Origin: Lama guanicoe
Taxonomy: Eukaryota
Direction of reading: 5' to 3'
Length of the DNA stretch: 64,000 nt
Assembly (NCBI GenBank): GCA_013239625.1
Contig: MU053504.1
Coordinates: 1,930,607-1,994,606 of the forward strand
A program made the translations under genes and the position numbers. The notes below the pieces were generated by a model that had not been told where the DNA came from, did no database searches, and worked only from the letters and a program-made list of their open reading frames with translations. This document shows positions 38,201 to 50,200 of this stretch, in pieces (within the stretch, counting starts at the first letter, position 1; each line of letters starts with the position of its first letter).

Positions 38201-41200
38201 TGAAGTTTTATCTGAGTGGTGAGGAAAGATTTGAAAAAAAAAAAAGGAGACAGGGCTCTTCAGATGAGGGATGGGAAGAGAGTTGGTAAGATTGTGATAC
38301 TTCATATAGATCAAGTCTGTAGTCTTTGGACTGCACTGTATTTCATTGCCTCATTCAAAAATGTCTGGCCCAGACTGACACATCTCTTCCTAAATCTGTC
38401 CTGGAGAAAGACCTGTCATGTGAGGGAGATCCAGAGTGGCCACTCCACCTGTACCTTGCAGTGTGCTTTACAGATTTTCCATTTGTTAAGCAGTCTAATC
38501 ATGTTATTAATTTTTCTCATTTTGTTTCTTCTGTTGTCTACTTCACCTTTTAAAATTCTAGGTCTTACCAAACCTGTAACTTTTTTTTTTGCTAGACAAA
38601 TTTACTGTCTTGTTCCAATAAAAGGAATATATAACCAGAGAGATGTAGGTTTCATATTCTTTTTCATTATAGGTTATTATAAGATACTGAATATAGTTGC
38701 CTGTGCTATATAGTAGGAACTTGTTGTTTACCTATTTTATATAGAGTAGCTTGTATCTGCTAATCCCAAACTCCTAATTTATCCCTCTCCCCAGTTCTTC
38801 TCTCCTTTGGTAACGATAAGCTTGTTTTCTATGTTTGTGAGTCTATTTCTGTTTTATAAATAAATTCATTTTGTATCAATTTTTTTAGATTCTACATGTA
38901 AATGATATCACATGGTATTTGTCTTTCCCTTTCTGACTTAACTTCACTGAGTATGGTAATCTCTAGGTCCATCCATGTTGCTGCAAATGGCTTTGTTTAA
39001 TTCTTTTTTATAACTGAGTAGTATTCCATTGTGTGTGATAGCTTCTTTATCCAGATCTGTCAAAGGACATTTAGGTTGCTTCCGTGGTTTGACTATTGTA
39101 AATAGTGCTGCTGTGAACATTGAGGTGCATGCATTTTTTTGAGTTAGAGTTTTGCCTAGGACTAGGATTGTTGGATCATGTGGTGAGTCTTTTTTCAGTT
39201 CTTTAAGGAATCTCCATATTGTTTTCCATAGTGGCTGCACCAAATTACATTCCCACCAACAGTGTAGGAGGGTTTCCTTTTCTCCGCACCCTCTCCAGCA
39301 TTTATCGTTTGTGGACATCTTAATGATGGCCATTCTGACCAGTGTAAGGTGATACCTCATTGCAGTTTCGATTTGTGTTTCTGATAATTAGCGATACTGA
39401 GCATCTTTTCATGTGCCTATTGGCCATCTTATGTCTTTTCTTTTTTAATTGTAATATAGTCAGTTTACAATGTGTCAATTTTTTGATGTAGAGCATAATG
39501 TTTCAGTCATACATAAACATACATACATATATTTGTTTTCATAATAGGTGCCATCTGTATGTCTTCATTGGAGAAATGTTGGTTTAGATCTTCTGCCCAT
39601 TTATTGATTGGGTTGTTTATTTTTTTGTTATTGAGTTGTATGAACTGTTTGTATATTCTGGAAATTAAGCTCTTGTCAGTTGCATCATTTGCAAATATTT
39701 TCTCCTGTTCCATAGGTTGTCTTTTCATTTTGTTTATAGTTTCCTTTGCTGTGCAAAAGCTTGTAAATTTTATTAGGTTCCATTTGTTTATTTTTGCCCT
39801 TATTTCTATTGCTTGGGTAGACTGCTCTAGGAGAACATTGCTGAGATGTATGTGAGATAACATTTTGCCTATGTTTTCTTCTAGGAGATTTATTGTGTCT
39901 TGTCTTATGTTTAAGTCTTTAAGCTATTTTGAGTTTATTTTTGTTTATGGTGTGAAAGAATATTCTAACTTCATTGATTTACATGCTGCTGTCCAGTTTT
40001 CCCAACACCATCTGCTGAGATTGTCTTTATTCCGTTGAATATTCTTGCCTCCTTTGTCAAAGATTAATCCAATACCATGCTGTTTTGACTACTATAGCTC
40101 TGTAGTATTGTTTGAAGTCTGGAAGGGTTATTCCTACAGCTTCATTCTTTTTCTTCTGTGATGCTTTGGCAATTCTGGGTCTTTTGTGATTCCATATAAA
40201 TTTTAGTATGATTTGTTCTAGTTCTGTGAAAAATGTCCTGGGTAATTTGATAGGGATTGCCTTGGGCAGTATGCTATACAGAAGAAACTTTTAAAAATCT
40301 ATTTCCCTGTAACATATTTATAAATAATTTTTTTCATGGTGTATTATTTGTCTTTTACTTTGCTTGCAACATTATTTTCTATGCAAAATGTCTTTTTAAT
40401 TTATGTAATCAAAATTTTCCATATTTTTTATTACCTTCTGGATTTTAAATCAGAGGGATTTTTTCCCCCTACTCTCAGATAATAGAGTAGTTCATCCATG
40501 TTTTCTTTTAGTGCCTGCATAGTTTCTTTTTTTTTTTTTTTTCAGGTGGTTCTCTGATCCATTTGGAATTTATTCTGGTATAGAGAGTTAGAAATGGACT
40601 CAACTTTATCTTTTTCCATATGTTTATTTAGTTATCTTGGTATTAGTTACTGAGAAGTCCATCTTTCCCCCACTAATTAAATGCCACTTGTACTGTTTAC
40701 TAAATTTCCATATGTACTTTTACCTGTTTCTTATTGGTCTGTGTTTTCATTACAGTTTTGATTAGACAGGCTTTATCTATGCCTTTTAAATTGTATGGAT
40801 TTATTTTTAATATTTAAAAACGTAGATGTAGGATTATGTATGTAATTTTAAAAGATGTTAGGTTATACTGACACTTAAATATTCCAGAGAATCCTGGTTA
40901 AAAGTCACCAGGTTATCATGAGAGCTTTTTAATATCGTAGCTGTAAGAAGTAGGTGGGTACTCCTGGGTAGTCTACTCTGGGTAGCCACAGGCCAGTGTG
41001 AAAGGTTGGAATTTGGGAGGTAAGGCTGTAAGAATGTTTTTTGAGATCTTGAAAAGTAATTTTTAAAGGACTTTCAATATGTAAGATTTGTCTGAAAAAT
41101 TGTAAAAAGGTATATTATGACTTTGCTTATATAAGTTTTTAGTAAACTGTTTCTCTCCTTTTTTTTTCTTTTAGTACCATGTATGTATTTGGTGGCTTCA

Positions 41201-44200
41201 ACAGTCTCCTCCTCAGTGACATCCTGGCATTCACCTCGGAACAGTGTGAAGCACACCAGAGTGAGGCTGCTTGTCTGGCAGCAGGACCTGGCATCCGGTG
41301 TGCGTGGGACACAGGGTCATCTCAGTGTGTCTCCTGGGAGTTGGCCACTGATGCACAGGAAGAAAAGTTAAAATCAGAATGTTTTTCCAAAAGATGTATG
41401 TTTTTTCTCTTCTTAACATTTAATTAATTTGAGAGCTCATTCTTTTTTATCTGAATTACGGAGGCACTTATCCTGTGTGTACTGTTTATGTTCATTTTAC
41501 TATCCCAAATTATTTAGTAATAACTTATGCAAATGCTTTATGAATGTTTGAAAATTGGTTTATAAACATCTTTATAATGGTTGGGAACATGCCATGTGGC
41601 TCCTGGAAGCCATCTGCTTGTGATAAAGGCAGAACCTTTCTAGCATTGCATGGACTGTACACCAACTCCGGAACCTGGCTGCAGTTGTTCCGAGGCACTG
41701 CAATCCAGTAGGACTTCTTTGTGATGATGGAAATGTTCTGTATCTGCACTGTCCCAGTATGTTAGCTCCTAACCACATGTATCAAATACTTGGAAATTGA
41801 CTCGTGTAACTGAAAAACTGAATTGTTTAATGTTAATTAATCTGAATTAAAAACTACATGTGGTTAGTGGCTACCATATTGGATTATGCAGTTCTAACAT
41901 TAGAAATAAGATTAAGAGGGTCAGTTCAGAAAAGCTATGTTGGAGTAGGCAGAGGTAGTTACTACCTTTGTCAAGTATTACTCTTTTCTGGCTTCTCTAG
42001 TTGGGCACGGCAGTGATAGCAAGGCAGACAGCTCCTGAGGATGAGCCATGATCCCTGCTTCTAGAGCCCTTTTATCTTCTGAGCTGTCTTCATCTTGCCT
42101 GCTCAGCTTTTTATTACTCTTTTGCTTTGACATACAGCACAGTGAAATATGGTGAAGTAATATGTGAGAAAGACCTTTGAACATAAGAAAAATGTCTCTG
42201 CAAAATATGTTTTCACTTCAGTTAATTTAAAGCCTGTTGACTGAATTTCTTAACTTGATGTAGCAGTTACCATGAGCGTTATGACGGATAGAGACAGCTT
42301 CACTCTTACAGAACACTCCAAATTAAGCTGAACATAAATCCTCAGTAAGAACACCTGGGGAACCTTCCAAGTCATTGGTGGTCTAGTGAGTGCTGGAGAA
42401 CCACAATAACCAGAACCTGTCTCCTAAAAGGGATAAAATCAGTGAAATAGTTAGTTTTTAACCACATTTTAAAAGCTCAAATTGTGCAAATTTATAGGAA
42501 ATAATGTTTAATTATCCTTAGATGGTTCATTATGAACCCAGTTGCTATGATCTCATCTCAGATATTACCTCCCTGGTTCACTCTGTGGGCCCAGTATGTG
42601 GGTCCAGTCCAGGGGGTGATGACCAGGCAGGTTGCTGGGGTCTTTGTGAGGGGGAGCCCTGCCTTTTCTAGTCCATGGATTCCACCACGCGCCATGTCCG
42701 TGAATGGTTTAACAGATGAGGCAACACAGTGGTGCAGATTCTCTTTTGTTGTTGACCTTGACTCTTCTGGGATCAGTAGGAGATCAGCAAACAGGTCTGT
42801 AGTAGCCCAGTTCTTTGACTTACATATATTTGTGCAAGATGGAGCTCAGCCTCATGCCTTTTTGGGGGTTCTGTGGTGCCACCTGCTTCCTGTGCCCACA
42901 GTATCCTTGCATTTATAGCTGGGATGAATGACTTGGTCCTCCTATATTATGTTGTTCGGTTCCTGGGCAGCTCTTGATGTTCAATTACTAGTTGATTTTT
43001 TTTCCTTTGGAAGAAAAATATTCAAAGAACCAGACCTATTTCTCTCATATCTCGTTGTTGAGTTAAATTAACTTATCTTTGTTTTTCATTTTCGGTGTAC
43101 TTTTGTTGGAGGCATGGAATACAAAATAGCTTTTCTTCAGATTGTTTATTTATTTCTAAATAGTATTTTAACCTGAACATGTCAGTACATTTTCCTGCCA
43201 GTTTCACTCCTCATTTTACTTCCCAGCTCTTGTTACTTTGGTTTTTTTTTGTCTTAGTCTCAACAAAAGCTGTAAAATATTTGTAATGGCCTGTGACTTT
43301 TCTTAGGAGAAGCTGTCATGGTTGATGAGTTTTTCTTCTCTACATAGCTCTTGACCATGACCGATGTGACCAGCACACGGATTGTTACAGCTGCACAGCC
43401 AACACCAACGACTGCCACTGGTGCAACGACCATTGTGTCCCTGTGAACCACAGCTGCACAGAAGGCCAGGTCAGAGGCCGTTTCTCAAGGATTTCAGAGT
43501 ATAGACAAATCTGAGTAGAGTTAGGTGTAGATTATAGTGTGTATAGTATAAATACTGGCCTGGAGTTATTTTTAAAACCATAAGTGTAGATTTGGATTTT
43601 ATTATTGCTCAAGTTTTCTTTTAAGAAGGGATGCTCTATACTTCCTGATTTCCAGAGGCCCTGCTAGCCACAAGGATTTATGTGTGGTGTTATAGAAGGC
43701 GAGACTATTACTCTTGAGTACTCCCCGCTCCCTGGGTATGGTTATGGCTGAGTACTAGATCCTCAGTGTGGAGTTGATAATGGTGTGCTCCCTCTACCTA
43801 AGCAAGGTTTGGGGAGCAAGTTAGGACTTGAGATTGAAAGTGAGTTGGGGATGTAGCAGCCATACTGAATCGTGGAAATCACAGATTTCGCAAAATCTCT
43901 TTATGTTGTATCTTGGCTCAGCATAATTTATGCTTAGCATTTATGATTTTTGATTTAGATTATAAGGAAAAAAAGATTACTCAGCTTTTATAGTTTTTGA
44001 TATTCTTTGTCAGTCTGGTAAGCAGCTTATAAAATATAAAACTTTTAGCACGTTTGGGAGGTGTTTAAAAAGCAGTAAGTTCAACATCCCCATTTTACAG
44101 ATGAGCAGGTTGAAGCATGGTGTTTAAAAGAGTGCACTGCTTCCTTGCCAGGTAAAAGGCATGTCCTTGAGCGGAACATTTCACTACAGTGTTCCCACTG

Positions 44201-47200
44201 TAGTGCTGCTTCATTTGCATCTTGTCTATCTGTCTGTCTATAGTTTGCTTCCTCAGCTAGACTTTGTTGTATTTAGTATTCTGTTTGTTCCTACCATGAT
44301 CTCTCTGTGAGTTTAAGAGGAAAACTTCTGTCCACTGTGTTCTAGATCTCCATTTTCAGATATGATAATTGTCCCAAGGATAACCCCATGTACTACTGTA
44401 ACAAGAAGACCAGCTGCAGGAGCTGTGCCCTGGACCAGAACTGTCAGTGGGAGCCCCGGAATCAGGAGTGCATCGCGCTGCCTGGTAAGCCTTGCAGGGG
44501 CATCTTGATGTGTTTGGGTCCAAAGACTTCACACACACACACGCACACACCCTCAAGACTGTGCAGCCTACCTAGGTTGAAACCCGCAAAGGGGACAAAC
44601 TCACTTTATCCATTCATCCCCTACACCACTAGTGTGGTTGTTATTTTTTTTTTAACAAAAAGACGATTTTTAAGTATTGACTTCTATCATCCTTTGAAAG
44701 AAAGTGAAGCATTATCTGCTGATGTGGTGTTTTCCAATCCACCTTTCCAATAATCCATGTTTGTTTTTCTGCTCTTTACTTAGGATTTTAACCTTGTTTC
44801 TAATTGTTCTTCAAAAGAAGGTTTATAAATTTAACACTGGCACCAAACAAATATTTTTCTCTAAAACATAGGAGGATTGACCTCAAAATATGCATCTTGA
44901 GATCTAGGAAATATTACTGATAAACATTTTAAAAATTCTTATGTGTATTCTTTATTTGGTCCTTAGTAATATGTCTGATGCCCTCACCACATCCTAACGA
45001 AGTACCTAGAATTCAAATCACAAAAACCATTTAGGTTTTCGGTAATTCAAACTGGTGATATAAGTAGTTTCATGTGATTTCTAAAACTCTTTATTTTTCT
45101 CTCCCTTCTTTGTAAAAGAAAATATCTGTGGCACTGGCTGGCATTTGGTCGGAAACTCATGTTTGAAAATTACTACTGCCAAGGAGAATTATGACAATGC
45201 TAAATTATCCTGTAGGAACCACAATGCCTTTTTGGCTTCTCTTACAACCCAGAAGAAGGTAGAATTTGTCCTTAAGCAGCTGCGAATCATGCAGTCATCA
45301 CAGAGCATGGTGAGTTAAAACCCTTGGAATTTAAATCTCTAATATCCACCTATTGCTTTGCTATTAATCTCTGTGAAAATTTTGATGTCTTCTCTGAGCT
45401 ATATTCCTGTCCTTTGTAAAATGGCCATGTTGAAGTGCCAGGCATGCTATGTAAACATAGAAATGATGGTCTGTACTCACCTGCCATGGATGATTTGGGA
45501 TAGGGAGGTTTTCCTGTATCTATTGGATATATGTAACTTAATGGTTTTTATCTAGAAGCCTGTTTTGGTCAAGACGTTGATTATATTCATAGCTGTGCCT
45601 GTTTTGCCTATAGTCCAAGCTCACCTTAACCCCATGGGTTGGCCTGCGGAAGATCAACGTGTCCTACTGGTGCTGGGAAGATATGTCCCCATTCACCAAT
45701 AGTTTGCTACAGTGGATGCCGCATGAGCCCAGTGATGCTGGATTCTGTGGAATCTTGTCAGAACCCAGTACTCGGGGCTTAAAGGCTGCAACCTGCATCA
45801 ACCCACTCAATGGTAGTGTCTGTGAAAGGCCTGGTAAGTGTAAGGGTGAATTAAGTGTTATTGGAAGTTCGTTGAAAGAGAAACTGTAGAAGGCATCGTT
45901 AAGTATTGTGGAATTTCATGAAAAACAGATGGAGTATTGATTTCAAACATTTGAAGCAGAGTATAACCCAGAATTTTTAAAGCAGAAGGAAATGGTCTTT
46001 GGCTCTGAACAACGTGAGCCATAAGCAAAACCAACAATAACTAATACTACTCAAGGATCCTAATATTCTAATTACCAGTGAGATTGATTGGTTTGTTGAC
46101 AACAAAAGGTAATAAGAATTGCCCTGAAAGGCCAATTTCTTGGTGTTGGCAGAGAAATGCTGTGGAAGAAAGAAAAAAAATGCAGAGAAAAGATCAGAAA
46201 AGCTAGGTGACCACTACAGGGACATTGGACAAAAAGATGATGTCAGTTGGAAGAAAAACAATGAGAATGGTTGGTTATGTGACAGCCAGCCGAAGCAGAC
46301 CTGGCATGCTAGCTGCGGGAGGGAGGTGCTGAAGGAGCAGCGCTTGGAGTGGCTCCCCAGGCCTGAAGCGCTCCTCTGGGCTGCACTCAGGCTGTGTAAA
46401 GGCAGCACGTGGGCAAGCCCTCCGCCAGCACCCTCCTCCTGCTGAAGGACTCACAAGCAGTAGGTGGAATTTTGTGGATCTTTTTGGGAGGCTGGACTCC
46501 ACTGACATCATGTCTCATTTTAGGAAGGTACTATAACTTGTCTGAGGAATACAGAGGTGCGGACGAGAATTCATAGCACTCTGGAAGTCACCTTAAAATA
46601 CAATTTCTAACTTTCCCGAAAAGGGGAGCTTTTCAGCCATTTTGATCCTGAATACTTTGGTGAATTTAATGAATGCTGTGGTTTTCTTCCCCCCAGATAA
46701 ACAAAGATACAATTTTGCATATTTGGGAGGATTATAAAACCCCAGAAGTTCATCCTGAGTCTCCTATATTGTAAGGAGCTTTAGAACTCTTACTCATATG
46801 GGAAGATTAACTTGTTCCCTCATGTCAATCCTTAACGCTCTTTGAAAAGAAAAACACTTTTCACCTCAAGTGTTTAAATATACTTGACCAAACAGTAAAT
46901 CATGACCTAGTACTTTCTGTATTCTTCATTGAGTGTAGCCCACTGAATCGACTTCGTGACACACTAGTGGCTCACAACGCACACTGGAAAGCCTTTGACC
47001 TCAGCTGACTTGGTGGGAGCGCTAAGTGTCTCTCTTGGGTTTACTTCCCAGCGAACCACAGCGCCAAGCAGTGCCGGCCACCGTGTGCCTTGCGGACGGC
47101 ATGTGGAGAGTGCACCAGCGGCAGCTCAGAGTGCATGTGGTGCAGCAACATGAAGCAGTGCGTGGACTCCAATGCCTACGTGGCCTCCTTCCCTTTTGGC

Positions 47201-50200
47201 CAGTGTATGGAGTGGTATACCATGAGCAGCTGCCCCCGTGAGTGCAAAGTGAGCTCTAGGCACTCATGAGTGCCCTGTGTGTGAGTGACAACTCCTGCAT
47301 GTAGGGCAGTGCTGTCAGCCTCTGAACATTCTAGGCATGAGAACAGACTTGACCTTCTGCTCAGGTCTGTCCAGAGACTGCCTCATGTGAACCTGCATAC
47401 AGAATCAAGCACAATGACATGAGTGAACAAACGTAGGAGAAATCACAAGTGCAGAAATAACTTGCCCAACTCAGTACCATATTGCTTAGCCCATGTAGTG
47501 TCGCCACATCTTAATCTACTAATTCATAAAGTAAGTGCTTTCCAGCAAATGATCACTAAGGTCTTTTCTGCCTCCAGCATTTTGGGATTGAGAGGGGAGG
47601 AGTCCCTATTATATGTTGGGCAAAATATTGGGCTCTTTAAAAATTTATTATGTCCTTTAAACAATCACAGTAGAATAGGAGTTTTGACTCACAGAAGTTG
47701 AATCGTCTGTTAAAGAAAAAGATAATTTAAATGCAGTGAATTTAAGTCTACATGTGATAGTGAATTGTAACTTCTTTTTTTTTTTTTGTACAGCTGAAAA
47801 TTGTTCAGGCTACTGTACCTGTAGTCACTGTTTGGAGCAACCAGGCTGTGGCTGGTGTACTGATCCCAGCAATACTGGCAAAGGCAAATGCATAGAAGGC
47901 TCCTATAAAGGACCAGTGAAGATGCCGTCTCAGACCCCTCAGACAGGGAATTTCTATCCACAGCCCCTTCTCAATTCCAGCATGTGTCTGGAGGACAGCA
48001 GATACAACTGGTCTTTCATTCATTGTCCAGGTAAGATGTCTTGTGTATCCAAAGTCAAGTGTTGTACTACCTATTTACAAAGAATAAAGCCTTGAAAGCT
48101 ACATTATTTATATGGATTTCCTTTAAGAAGAAAATATAACATCATTTTAGGAGAAATGGGTTCATATGAAAGATATAATGTCAACTAATGAAAATCCTAA
48201 AGATTTCAAATGAGTTGTTTTACTTTCATTACAGAAATGTTCATTATAAAAAATTAAATATTACAGATGTAGATAAAATAAAAACTGAAATTTCTCTTGT
48301 CACCAGTACTTCATAGAGGTAAAAACTTACAACAGTTTAACACAGATATATATTTTTAGATAAAAAATACTATGCTGTATACTATGCATATGATATATAT
48401 TATTAAAAAGCAGTTTGCTTTTTACTTAATACATTGTGGCAATTGTTAGGGGGAAAATTAAAAATAAAATCTGCCATCCCAGAAATTCCTCTTCACAGAT
48501 ATAGAAAAGAAAGAAAGAAAATGGTTTTATTATTGAATAAACATTAAACCAGACTGTGGTGCACATCACAGCAATCCGCTAGTGAGATTGCTAAGACAGA
48601 GAGAAATTCCACTCTTTTTAAACAGCCGAACATATATAATCCCTTTTATACATGTTCTCAAATGATGATAACTTGTCCTCATGTGAGAGGATTTAACAGT
48701 TTGCTCTACATTTTTTTCCTAGTTTATTCTGAATTCACCTGGTAGTTGGGATGACTGCCTGTGTTAATTAATTGCCTTTATCCAAAGGGGGAAAAAACTT
48801 GTATCTATGGCAAACGGGTAGTTACGGTTTGGCTGGATTCCCACAGAGACCGGGAAGGGGGGCTGGATCCCTTGATGTTTACATTTCAAAGAGATGGCTC
48901 CTGAGCTCTTAGAAACATCCCTACGTTGTTGCTGACTTAAGCCTTATTTAGGTTTTAAACAGATTTACATATATATACATATCAAAGGAACAGGAAGTTT
49001 TTTAATACAGATTTTCGTAATGAAGTGCTCTAAGAAAAGGAATAAGGAAACCGCTCTCTATTCCTTTTGACTAGAGGAAAAAAGGAAAAATGCAGCCAGC
49101 CTGCCTGTCTCCCTTTCTCCCTCCTTCCCTCTCTTTTCCTTTCTCTCCCCTCTCCCTCCCTCCCTCCCTCCCTTCCTTCTTTCCCTTCTCCCCCATCCTT
49201 CCCTCCTCTCTGTCCCTTCCAGTGGTTGGTGCAAGAAGGACTAGACCATGAGCTGGCCTAAAGCTGCTGGGGTAGCTGCTCTGAGAAACCACCCCTGAGA
49301 AAATGGCCTTTGATTCAGACTTTCAGGAGATACTCGGGAATGTACTGACTGGCCTTCAGAACAGGTGGGAGAGGCTAGGCTGGTGCAGAGACTCCCAGGA
49401 GGTTAGTGGATGAGAACTTCTCCAAGAGCCTGTCAGACAGGGCTCTTTGTGAAGACTTCTGTAAGGGGAAGGCCCACTGTAAACAAAGATGAAAGGCCAG
49501 AGATAAGACTCTTGAGAAAATAACTGTAGTGTATGTAACAAATGATTATCATCCAAAGTATGTAAACCTCCACCATCCAGGGGAAAAAAAAATGCTGCAT
49601 GTCACCCTAACAGAAAAAGTGGGCAAAGGATGCAACATCATTCTCAGAAAAGGAAATAATGCAAGAAATGGAAAATAAAATGTGAAGCCATTTTTTAATC
49701 TACCAAACTGGATTAAAAGTTTTTTTGCTCCCTTTTTTCCTCTCTAATATTTTGAAGGATCTACAATTCTATTGCTAATCTACTAGTGGCTTAATTAATG
49801 AAATATTTAAATCTGTGCCTTTCCACTAACAGCAAGATAAATCAAGTGAAAGGAAAATGCACAAAATACAGGAAAATATTTACAAATCAGGTATTTGATG
49901 AGAGTCTAATGGCCAGAATATGTAAAGGACTCTATAAATTCAAATCAGCACATGAAAAGATGCTCAGCATCATTGAAGAGATCAGAATCCTCACACATTG
50001 TTGGTAGGAATGTAAGATGCTATAGCCACTTTGGAAAACAATTTGGCATTTCCTCAAAAAGTTAAACATAGAGATGTCATATGACCCAGTATATTCCCAA
50101 GAGACCTGAAAACATATGTCCACACAAAATCTTATACTGAATGCTCATAGCAATTTTATTCATAATAGGCAAAAGTGGAAACAACCCAAATGTCTGTCCT

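Noticed and set aside
38216..38713. 165-aa + strand ORF
   Set aside because: Non-ATG start, no recognisable domain, runs into an L1 end; most likely a chance intronic ORF.
38944..39863. Minus-strand ORFs of 138 and 118 aa
   Set aside because: Fragments of L1 ORF2 in a truncated, interrupted element.
42532..42918. 128-aa ATG-initiated ORF in intron 12
   Set aside because: No recognisable homology, and ATRN exons 12 and 13 join in frame without it.
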